A stretch of 64,000 bases of DNA, taken from contig OZ076409.1 of the NCBI GenBank assembly GCA_964187785.1, positions 55,306,001-55,370,000 of the forward strand. The letters are read 5' to 3'. Under the pieces are notes generated by a model, which had not been told where the DNA came from, searched no databases, and saw only the letters and a list, made by a program, of their open reading frames with translations. Source of the DNA: Amphiscolops sp. MND2022. Lineage: Eukaryota. This document shows, piece after piece, positions 12,301 through 24,300 of this stretch (the first letter of the stretch is position 1; every line of letters starts with the position of its first letter). A program made the position numbers and the translations under genes.

Positions 12301-15300
12301 TACTCTACATTTGCCAATCACAAAGACCACTTCGCCATTTTCTTGCTTTCTCAAATAGGCAACCATACACATTGCTTCCAACGAAGCGTCTGAGAAGATA
12401 TGTAGATCTACTTTGTTCACACCTGACTCAAAGTATGTTCTTTTGAGGGCCATTTTGTTCACATGTATCATCTCTGATGCCCATTTCTTGAATTCATGTC
12501 GGTTTTCTTCATTCAGTTCTTTATCCCACGACTGTCCGTTCTCCTTCCATATTGATTTCAGTAGCAGTCGCATTCTTATGGTGAAAGGAGACACTATTCC
12601 CAAAGGGTCGAATACAGCTGAAACATGGGATAACACCGCTCTCTGCGTTATCTTCACCGGTATCTCCTTCTGCATGCCTCTGCAGACTTCCAGATTATCT
12701 GCGTCAACGTTCCATTGCAGTCCCAAGATGGATGGAGAAGTTGGCTCAGCTTCAAATGTTTTACTAGAGGACGGTGACTTGTCTGCTTGGTCAATAGACA
12801 TCATAGTCTGTTCGCAGTTGGTAATCCATTTTGTTAAGTGAAAGCCTCCCCTTGCCAACATCGCTCTCAATAAGTTGTAGATTTCAATGGCCTGCTCCGC
12901 GCTGGGAACAGACTTGACAAAGTCATCCATATAGAAGTTTCGCCTTATCAGTTTGGTAATTTGTGGGGACTCCTGTGCGTTATCTCTTGCAACTTGTTGC
13001 AGAGCATAATTGGCGCAAGTTGGCGAACTTTTGGCTCCGAAGATATGTCTTCCATACTCATACACCTTAACGGGTTCATTTGTATCGTCTCTCCATAGAA
13101 ATCTCAACACTTTACAATCTTCCGGCGGTACTTTCACTTGTAGGAACATCGCTTCAATGTCAGCAGTGATGGCGATCCTTTGTTCTCTAAACCTGAAGAT
13201 TATTCCAATCAGATTCTGCAGCAGGTCCGGCCCTGTTAAGAGGTTATCGTTCAAGGAAATTCCACGGAATTTCGATGCAGCGTTGCACACTCGCCTCACT
13301 TTTCCTGGTTTGTTTGGATTTTCTACTGGGTGATGTGGAACATACCACTGTCTTTCCAATTTTGTAACTTCTAATTCTTCTTGCTTCAGAACTCTAACGA
13401 ATCCCTTTTCAACATCTACTTTGATAGATTCTTGATAGAGTTTCTTCAACTCCGGTTTCTTTTCAAGTCTATACTCCAACGATTTCATTTGGCTTAATGC
13501 AGAAGAGTAATTGTTCGGCAAGAAGGGGTCATTTCTTTTCCAGAGAAGACCGACTTCGTATCTTTCGCCGTCAAACTTTGTGTTTTGTTCTAGCATCTGC
13601 AAGGCTTTCTCATCTTCCTTGGACCTTCCAGACACATCGCAGCGAGACGCATAGGATTCAATGTCCCACCAAGTTTTTATCTGTTCTGCCAGAGCATCGT
13701 CTTCAGAAGCTGTTACGCAAGATGCCGTCATCTGCACAGCTTCCTGTTGTGGAAGTGGTCCACAGAGGGTCCATCCAAGTTTCGCTTTCACTGCCCATGG
13801 CTCACCATTTGTACCGCTTTTGTATTCTTCAGGCCGGTGTATAGGATAGCAGTTTTGTCCCAAAATCATTTTTACATCTTTGAGTTTCAATGTTTCTTCG
13901 CTTAAAACCGACAAATGAGGATAGGCATGCTTGAGCTCCCGATAGTTGTAGATCTTTGATCCGGCATCTATGTTTGGGTGCGTGTAGACCGTCATGTGGT
14001 GTGTGTCGCTCCTTGCCTTGCCACGAATTCCCACGGTGAGTCGTTCACATTTCACTTCATTTGTCCCATGTATTCCAGCCACACTCAAATCAACTTCTTC
14101 CCCGTGAGCATTTAATTTGTCAGCTAATTCCTTGTCTATGAACGATAGACTTGCTCCAGAGTCACACAACGCCAAGGTTGATTCTTGCTTTTTTCCAATT
14201 TGGATGATGACAGGTATAATGGGTAGAATTCCACTGCTCTTTAATGAGCAAAATGCAGAGTTCGCCTCCGCCTTCTGTTGTGGGTCTTCCGTTCCGCTTC
14301 CTTTCTGCCGCTCATTTGTCTCGCGGTGTAGCAGTCGATGGTGCCGCCTGTTACAACCTTTGACTCCACATGCTTTGTATGTGCAGTCTTTCACTACGTG
14401 TTTCCCAGCCAAACTACAAAAGCAGAGTTTCAGCTCTTTGACTTTCTCGTATCGCGCTTGACACGTCATCTTCAGAAACTTCTCGCATTTCCACAAAGGA
14501 TGTTTACCATCTCTCAAAAGACAATCTTGACCAGTCTTCTTGTCGGAATTGTCGTCAGCGAAAGTTGAGAAAGTGGAGTTCTTTGGTTTGTCTTTACTTG
14601 TCCATTTCGATTTGTCGGCGTTGGGATTGCCTGTCATGAGAACATCTTCCTGCACCGCTGCTACCTCTTGCAACCATAAGCTGAACGCTTCCAGCCCCAT
14701 GTAGTAATTAGCATTCTGTCTCGCGTACGCCAACCATTTCGTCTTCATGTTCAATGGCAATTTTCTGGTCGCACTACTCAGGACGCCTTCTGACTGCAAG
14801 TCGCCAACATAGTTCATCTGCGTCAGAACTTGTACACAACTTGGAACTATTCTCGAGTATTTGACCAATGCTACGGAGTCGTACGCTTTCACTGGCGGAA
14901 AGGTGTATATTCGTCTCAATTGTGCGTTGACTACCACTTGTGGTCTTCCAAAGTGCGCGACCAAGGTATTCCAAGCAATATCATACATGTCTCCAGTGTA
15001 GCCTAGTCCAGCTATTACTTCCTTTGCCTTTCCAGTGACCAGCGTTTTGAGGTGATTCATCTTCAGACTGGTGTCAATGTTCGCAGCATGGACAGTCGAG
15101 AGGAACAACCCTGACCACTCAGGCCATTCCAATGGGTCGCCTGAGAATTCTGCCAGCTTTAGCTTCGGCAAACTGGCTGGTAGGCTCACTGCTTCATTTC
15201 TTGTTGTCGCGAACTGACTCTGTATGGGGGCAGAGTATTTAGCTGAGGGTGCCACTGGTGGTGACAATGTGCCACTTCTCGTTTGGTTACTTAGCATTGG

Positions 15301-18300
15301 TTGGTTTGGAGGGTCGAAGTTCCCAAACTGCACATGCGGTTGAAATGTCTTATTCATTTGCATCTTCGCTGATGCAGCGTTCGGCGCGAATTGACTGGCC
15401 GACGTGCCATCCTTTACCATGGTCGGCTGCGCTGTCTTAGCAGCCAGATGGGACATTTGCGTTGTGTGTGGCAAAGGGTCAGGTTGTGGTTTGATAGGTT
15501 CGCTGGCCAGTGCGATTCTGGATACCTCTTCTCCAAACTTCGTTGTTTTTTGTCACATCCATTTTCATCAAGCCAAGAAGGTACCTTTTCGAACGGATCG
15601 CTGTGGATGGGTATTGGGGAGATGCTTCGCAAACTTGTGCTTGCTCTGCTTCCCTCCGCCCGAGCGATTTCCATTTCCTTCTCTGCGATTCGTTTAGCCC
15701 TTGCCTTCTCCTCTTGGAGTTTAGCTATTTCGAGTTCTTCTGTGAGTTTATCCATTTCCTCGTGTTTCTTCCGGATTTCTGCTTCGCGTTTCTTGGCAGC
15801 TAGTTGTTCATCAATTTCTTCTTGCTTCTTCATTGCTTCCAGTTCGAGGAGCATCATTCGCTTTGTAGTAGTTGACTTTGAACTAACTGATGTTCTGTTG
15901 CCCTTTGAATGTGCCTTGCTTGCACACTGATCTCTTTCTTCAGGTAGCGAATTCACCTCATTAACACAACGATTCTCAAACGAATACGGTCTATCGGTAC
16001 CTTGTGCCATTTCTTCATTCGCATTCTTCTGAGGGGAAGTGTCACGGGACTTTAGTTGTTGCTCTTGCCAATTCACCCTGGCACGGGCCATGATTCCCTC
16101 CATACGATGCAATTCACTGTAGATTGAAGTATCTCCACTGTGTTTCAACAACTCATCCATGTCGGCCACAATTTCATCTCTCCTTTTGAGGGTTTCTTCG
16201 TTTGCTTCCACCAATGCTTTGTAATCCTCTGAGTTGCAAAGAGTATCCCGATTTTTATTGATTTCATCTTCGTTTTTTTGAAGCATTTCATCACATTTCT
16301 CTTTGGAGGTTTGAAGTTGTAGGAACTCCTTCAACTGTCCTTCATTCTTTAGGCTTCTCATCATTGTGAGCATCTGACCAATGTTTTTATGTCGTGCTTC
16401 CAAGGAGTCTAATTCATTCCGATATCTGCAGAAACGGTCGCCTTTATTATCCGCCCATTCTGGCTGATACTTGACTTTCAAGAGTGCTGTGTTCGCCCCG
16501 ACGAGTCTCTTCCATCTAGGCAGTAGGTCTTGTCGGTTCGGTAGAAGGTCTGCGAGTTTTTCTTTCGTTACGTCTGCTTTGCGCAGCTCAGCATGTATTT
16601 CATCCAATTTTGCCTCAAAGCTTTGAATTGCTCTCATGTTGCTCTCCCATTGTGGCTTGTCGATAGAACTCTTCAAATGGTTTTCAATTCGTTTGTAATC
16701 AATTCTCTTTGGATCAGCCATTTTTGAACTAGCCCAAAACCCCAGAGTACACTAACTAACCACAGGTGTCCAAAATCTGCTGTGAATACAATTTCCCAAC
16801 AAGCCGATGAAGTAGCCCAAAACCCCAGAGTACACTATATACCCAAGAGCTCCAGTAATACCACTTCGAATACAATATCCCAGAGCCTGCAGAAGTAGCC
16901 CAAGCCCCAGAGTACACTAAACACAGAGGAGAGCCCAGATGAGACCACGTTGCAGCACACTGTTTTGTATAGATTACCAACAGTCGTCGTTCTGTACACG
17001 TTCACTTGTTCGCACAGTGCTGGTCTGTTTGTGTAGCAATCAGATGATCATCCAGTTGTCCGCCCAATTGATGATGTCCGCCCAAATGTTGATGTCCGGG
17101 TCGGCGGACCAAATGTAACGGCTGCTTGATCCCTTCAATTGACCAAACTTTACGCCGCCCTGAATTCGGTGCTCGGCACTGCGGATCGTTACCGAACACT
17201 GCTTGCTTCGTAGATTAAAAGGACTGTATCTTGACTTAGTAGGATCCAATGATCCCGAATTGCACTTCTTCCTTGTCTTTTAACACGTCCAACTCTCCAC
17301 AAGTTGAGAGTAACTAACTTAGTCGCCCTAAGTCTTTGGCGAAAAGTCGAAAAGAGGTGAAGAAATGAATTGAGAATTGAAATGGTCCTAAGACCCAACT
17401 TGACTACAGCTATTCAGTCGTTAAAATCTCTATCGCATAATGGTATACATGTGGTTTACAATTCTACAGTAAATATAGAACAAATATTAGTTGAAATATG
17501 TTGTATAAATAAATGACATTTAAAGCATAAAATGAAGTTATTGGCTGAGTAAACAAACTATAAGGTGGTTTTGGCATGTTGGTCAGGTGGGTTAGAAAGT
17601 ATGTTTACACAATGTAAATATCAGTAATTTCAACAGAGATGAATTTCCTTCAAGGTCATATGAGAGAATCACATAATAATTGATACATCAAAATTGGGTA
17701 ATTCATGGGGTCCGACCTAGGTCTCTTTGGGTGTTAATAGCTCTGAACCCAGGGGAGATACGGGGTAGCTTGTTACGAGTGAAAAGTTAGGGAAGCACCA
17801 CCACTATATGTGTGCCAAGTTTCAGGGTGATTGAGTGAGCGGTTTACCGGGACGGGGGGGGTGGTGTTTTATTACATAGGGTCATTTTTGCTTAGACTTG
17901 TATTTTTCCATCTAAAATCTTGATAAATTTTCTAAGTCTTTTGAGTTGTAAGTTTCATCAGTCACGTTCGAATTTGAGTTTCTGATCTCGAATTGACTGG
18001 CGCCAACAGGGACTGAAGACGCTTACCGATGCAAGTGTTACAATCAGCCATGAATCCAGCAGAGCATCTGCACTTGTATCCTCCCTGGGTGTTGAAGCAA
18101 TCAGCTGTGGATGGACATAAGTCATACAGCTCAGTGCATTCGTTGAAATCTGCAATCAATAAAAAACTCTGATATGAAACAAAAAAAATCATTTTCAGCA
18201 GAGTTGTTTTTTAATTTTTGTTCATCTCTACAATGTATTTCAGTGTGGCCTTCAATGAATTTCTACACGCAAACGATGATTAAAAACCATCTAAAAATTA

Positions 18301-21300
18301 GAGTTGTCGAAAGTCTCCACAGAACAACATTGGGCGATCGAGTGATTAATGGAGCGATAATGGAAAATTTAATAGTTTAGCACGTTTGATCGAACACCAA
18401 AAATCAATTTCCTTGAACTCGAATCAATAGTTTATAAATTCCCCTCGTTACGTTCCCTCGTATGCAGTCTGAATTGAGTACTAAATCATTTTATTCCAAT
18501 TAAGTCTCCAATTTATTTACTTCTCTTGGTTTAATGATGCCAATTCAATCTTGATTGGTTCACTGTGTTGCCATGCGACAAAATCACAAAGCTCCACCTA
18601 AGGAAGCTAGGCTCTCAGGAGCTTCGAAGTTCTCAAAAACTGACGAAGAGTTGTGACTTTACCTTTGCAATCTCCTTTATTTCCAGATCCACGGTACCCT
18701 GCTTTGCACGTGCACTTGTAAGAGCCTTCAGTGTTCTGGCAGAAGGCGTTTTCGTCGCATTCGTTGGTGCCATCATTGCATTCATCGCGGTCTTTGCACT
18801 CGGCCCCATCTCTCATGTAGCCATCAATGCATTCACATTCGTAGCCACCTCGGTTGTTCACACATTTCTCAAACGCAGTGACGTCACAGTCATTTCCACG
18901 TTTGCACTCGTCAATATCTGCAACGTTTGAAAATGAAGAAGGATTAATTGAGCAAGCCTCAAAATTTGGGCCATAACTGACTTAACCCATGAGTAATTAT
19001 ATTTAATTGGCGTTGAGAGTTCGCGTGTTGGCACTCCACTGCAAATCACCGATGACCACCGATGGAACACCAGTGACCACCGGTGGAGGCAATTTTGGAT
19101 CATCAGTCACTATTTCCACCGGTGGCCAACAGTAACCGCCACAAAAGCTGCTGAAGTCACCTCGGTGGTGCACCAGTGGACTTGGGTGGATCATTGGTAA
19201 CCACCCGTGGACTAACCCGAAGCCTCACGGTGTAAAACAAAAGATAATAAAATGTCACCGAATTTCTACCGAAAATTGTTTACGGATTAAATGGACCATT
19301 TACCGGAATCTTATAACTTTTTGAAAGTTAAAAAACAAATTTATAATTAAAAGTCCGCATAGATACCAGTAAAATGATACTGAGAATTAATACAATTAAA
19401 ATAGTTAGTGTAAATTTTTCGCAAAAAAAATCATTTTTTGATCAATTTCAATTTTTTATCTCGGTCTCAGTGCTAATAATTGATGAAAGTTAGAGAAGTT
19501 TGGCGTTTTCTCAAACTTATTTTTACAAATGTGTGGCAGTTTTATCGTACCACGTGAAACGAAAACAGGTGTGTCAATCATTTCAGATGCGCCTATGACT
19601 TAATGAGGGTTTGAGTTTGCAGCGGAAGATTAAGCGAATAACTGGCACAAAGACTTGAAATTCTTCAGTGAAATGAAAACAGATATTACATTTTTGAAAA
19701 TCATACCATTCACCAAAACTTGAAACACTGTCGCTTGGAAAGTACAGAAGTGAAAGGAAGTTGTCTCACTAATATTTACCTTGGCAATCGTCAAAGAAGA
19801 TGCTTCTCTCGAAACCCTCCTTGCACTCGCAGCCATATTTAGTTCCGATGTAGTTGATACACAGTTGGTTCTCTTTGCATTTGTCTGTGTCATCTGTGCA
19901 TTCGTTCTCGTCTGAAACCATTATTTGCACGATAAAGTTTTATCATTTAGACCAAAAAATCAATACTCGCTTTTACACTCAGAAAATGAAGTACTTTTAT
20001 AACGAGAATACGGGATGTATCGTGCGTAGTTTTTCTTGAAGACAAACATTGCAGAGTTGCCATATCTATTGCTCTTCCATTTTTGAAATCAAGAACTCAG
20101 AGAAATTACCATAAGCGAACTTATTGAAGCATTAGATTACGTAAGAACATTTCGTTTATCTCATTCTATATTTTTTCAGAAAAAAAGTTTTGGTGATTTT
20201 GTGAAAAAAATTCTAAAGAATTTCTAACTCAAACTAATAGATTCACGCTGGAAAGTGGAAAATCATTCCACTTGGATTAGTGGTTAGTGTTCTATTCTAG
20301 TAAACTCAGATATATAACCGAATATAACAGTTAGCATGTATGTCTGCGCATGGTGACCAGGCACAGAGAAGCAAGTGTGCGTGAGTTCGAATCTGCGTTG
20401 TGCCTTTGGGTTTTTTCGGCATTGTGCGACTTTTTTTTCAGCAAAGGATCCGTGGACCTTCTCTGCGGTACCTTCTTCGATTTATTGGGAGCCTAGAAGG
20501 CGATTCTTTGGGTTTCGGTACTGTTCAATTTTTTCTTCAAAATTCGAAGGTTTTATTATGATAAAGTGCACTCTTTCAAAGAGTAGTGTTTCTGAGAAAA
20601 TTGGAAAAAAAATCCTGCAAAAATTCCATGGAAACAAAAATTACATTACACATAAATTTTGTGAGAAACAAACTTCGCATCATCAAGGATTCAGCAGGAG
20701 AAACATGGGAATACTGACCAATGCAGCTAGTTCCGGCAGCATTCTTGACATATCCGTCTTTACAGTCGCAAGAGAATGACCCCGGAGTGTTGACACAGGT
20801 CTCTAGATTGCCGCACAACTCCTTTTCACATGCCTCACCTTCACACGCGCATTCGTTTACGTCATCACAAGTATCGGTGTCTACGCTGTAGTAGAATCCC
20901 CTCTCACAATAGCATCTGTATCCCCCGTAAGTGTCCGCACATAACATGTTGTCCCCTGTACATTTGGGATTCGCAGTGTCTTCACACTCTTTGTCATCTG
21001 TAAATAAAAATTTGAAAAGCTTGAACTTTGATTATTTGGGTTACTTGGTTCGCAAGTTCTACTTTGGTTTAAAACCTTTACAGGCGAAATATGAACACCA
21101 AGGCAACATGAATAAAAAGATATTTCAAATGAAATTTGTTAATTTGTTTTAAAAACGAATAGTTTCCTCAGTTGACAAGTTGAATTGTTTCCTTAAAAGA
21201 TTTCATTATGTATTATTTATCTGCCCTAGTTCAAAAGAAATGCTTATCTTGCAAGATTCTTACATTTTTATCTTTAAAGAAAATGCATTTTTCTTGAAGA

Positions 21301-24300
21301 AATCTTGCAAGAATCTTTCAAGATATATATTTTTTCAATGATAATCTTGCAAGATATACATTTTCTCAAAGAATCTTGAAAGAATTGATTTTTCAAATCA
21401 AAAGTTTTCATGGAATTAAGGGATCCGATTTATGAAGGCACTCTCCACGATAGATACAGCCAGAGTCTCACTTCTCAAATTGTGAAGGACTCAAAAATGC
21501 AAACTCTAGAAAAATAAAACTCTAGAAGTGTGATTTTATTAATGCGCCCTAAAAGCCTAATTTTTGCAATAAAAAACCGACATTTGAAACTCAGTTTTGA
21601 TGTAGTACATTGGAAAACAAATGACCCTCTATCATGTACACGATGGAGACTTTGAAATTAGGCCGAACGAACCTAAATTGATGATAGGCGGACATTTTTT
21701 GGAAAAAAACGCAAAAACAAGAGAAAAATATATTTTTTTCGACAATTGGTGAAGCTGTTGACTACGTTATCATAACTCATTTGTTGTCTTGCAAGATTTG
21801 CATTGTCTTGCAAGATTCTTGCAAGACTGGCATCGAGTTGCAAGAAGCTTGCAAGAATACCATGTTTTGGCTATCCGAAAATGATGACAAGCAAAAATGA
21901 TGAAATGATGAAATGGCCGCGCCCAAACTTCGAATTTTTCAAATTAGGATTTTTTTCATAAATCTTGCAAAAAATGTTTTTCTTTCAAGAATCTTGTAAG
22001 ATATCTTGTAAGATTTGTATACAACTGAAAAATCTTGCAAGATTTGAATTTAGGTTCCCAATCTTGCAAGATAGCCATCAAATGCGAGAAATTGGCAAGA
22101 ATCTTTAAAGATTTGCATTTACCTTCACCCAGGGTGCATTTTTTATTCAAGTAATTTTAAAGTTTTGAGTGACGCGCAGTTCTTCGCCACCTTCGCTCCT
22201 CAATGAGATTTTTCTAGGAAACATGTTTGTCTGGATAAGATGTTATCATAGCGTTATCCATATCATGGCAAAATTCTTTGCAAGATCTTAGCCAAAAAGG
22301 TTCCAAGAACCATGGAGGTCAACCCGGGTGTTTATCGTTTCCCAATATTTCACAGTAGGATTCGAACTAAAGAGTATTTCTCGAAATTATTTTGAAACAG
22401 AAAATGTTTGAACAGGTAATATCATTGTTTATGACTCTTCATCAAACGAGAAATTTTCCATCAAACTTTCTATATGTGAAGTGTGTACAAACATGCGTAG
22501 TTGTTTAGTACCGTATGAACTTCCAGTTAAAGAGTCATTAAAATTATGACACCAGTGATAAATTTGTATATACGGAAATCTCAGTCTGAAAAAGTTTGTA
22601 TCCTAACGTTCAAATCAGGTTGGGTTTTTTTCTAATCAACTGAATCAACCTTTCAAATAGCGAGAAACCTCACAACTCCCTTCATGTCATGCTACCCCGT
22701 ATGGCGTTAGAACCCAAACTGAAAAGTTTGATTTAAACGACGTTTCGGATTGTCGCACCAGCTTTGCTACCAAATTGGTCGTAGAGTTGATATCTATTTC
22801 TGTTGTTCTACAAGGTTTACAAGGTTGTGTGGGAAACAAACTTGCTTTTCCCGTGAACGAAAAGAAAAAGTGGTAACCTTGAGAAGTTTCGCAATAGTTT
22901 GAAGGTTTTCCTGGTTGTGAGATCAGCTGTTATTCAGTTATCAATTTCAGTTTTCAAGTCTTTAAGGACAGCTTATCTAACTTTGCTCGACAACTTTGCT
23001 CTTCGATAATTCAACGATAAACTACTGATGTGTACAGTAGCGTTCTACAATATCACAACTGCATTGCTTAAAACTGCGATTTTCAAATCCAAATATCTTT
23101 AAAACTGTCACTATTACAAAAAAACTGTCAGCAACAAAGTTTTTTAGATTGTTATCTAGTTTACAAAAATGTTTGTTTGAAATTTCTACAACCCAAACTA
23201 AAAAAGTTAGAAAATGCAAATTTTAGAAAATTTTCATTGAAATTTGAGTTTTTTTCCAAAAATTGAGTGGCTCAGAATTAAATTTTTAGACTTTTTTCAT
23301 TCGGAGATTCCCTATAATCTCCCGAACCTACTGAATTGTTTTGATTGAGAATTTGTTTCGAATTAGAAAAAAGGACTGTATTTTCTCTCACTGAGCACTG
23401 AAGTACATGTATTAAGATAGGCTATAAGAATTGCATTTAGAAAATTGAAGAATCAAATCATATCAAGTTTTTCAATCAAATCATATCAGCATCCTTGGGA
23501 AATTTGGGGGCAATTGATTTTCAATATATTTTTTTAAATTTCTGAAAATGAAGAAAAAGTAAAAATTTGATTAAATTTTCTTAAAATTTCCAGTTTTTAA
23601 GTTTCGTAGTTTTTGTCGCAGAAATTTCAAAGAAACATTTTTGTAAACTAGATAAAATTCTATGAAACTTTTGTAGCTCACACTTTTTTGTATTTGTGAG
23701 AGTTTACGAGATCTTTGGTTTTGAATTTTGCCATTTAAAGCAATGAGGTTGCGATATTTTAGAACGCTGCTGTACTCGTTAGAACAAACAACTTCCAGTA
23801 CGAAAAACAATTTGTGTGTAAATGGCTTATCTAGTAGAAAATGAATCAACTAAAACCTGTACGTAAAGAAATCTTTCACACGTTTAACTATAAAGTCAAG
23901 GCCCACCGTACGTAGGCATGCCGAGGCATACCGTTCAAACGACACGCGCAAATAAAACTCCTGGGTTAGATCATCCCCTTTTGGAAATCTCCACTTTAAT
24001 TGAATCGAGTCTTGAGAAGAGCCATGACCATTAAATTGGTCGTGAAATCAAAAAAAATTGGCTGTGTTTCATTTCAAGAGCTTTCAAACATTGAGGCCAG
24101 AAGCTTTCTTTATAATTATGAAGGTTGAAACATCATGCGGTCCAGCTGTTACTCCAGAAGTTTTTTCACACTTCCCTGGCTACGAAATACGAAAACCTAG
24201 CTTTTCAAGAAACAACTGTGAGTCATATTAAGTACCTATACAGTTTTCAGCATCATCAGGATCTTGTACGAATCCATCTTTGCAGTTGCACTCGTAGGAT

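Larger units (their letters stand above)
9495..18008 (-). mobile_element. Full-length BEL/Pao LTR retrotransposon (element 1), 8.5 kb
   Basis: TG...CA LTRs at 9495-10390 and 17114-18008; 5-bp TSD GGGAC (9490-9494, 18009-18013); PBS TGGTCCGCCGACCCGGA next to the 5' LTR; purine tract GGGAGAAAAACAGGG before the 3' LTR; PR-RT-RH-IN order. Confidence 0.96.

Noticed and set aside
10375..15930. Plus-strand ORFs antisense to the BEL/Pao polyproteins (also 51573-56170) and minus-strand ORFs within the LINE
   Set aside because: Shadow frames of long coding sequences with no independent evidence.
9400..17398. Paired short ORFs MGLRTISILN... and MDPTKSRYSP...
   Set aside because: They are duplicated only because they lie in the two LTRs; no coding hallmarks.
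17958..18192. ORFs apparently fusing the EGF exon with ...DQKLKFERD from the retrotransposon
   Set aside because: Read-through artefact across a good GTAAGC donor into the 5' LTR, which repeats the last pol codons.
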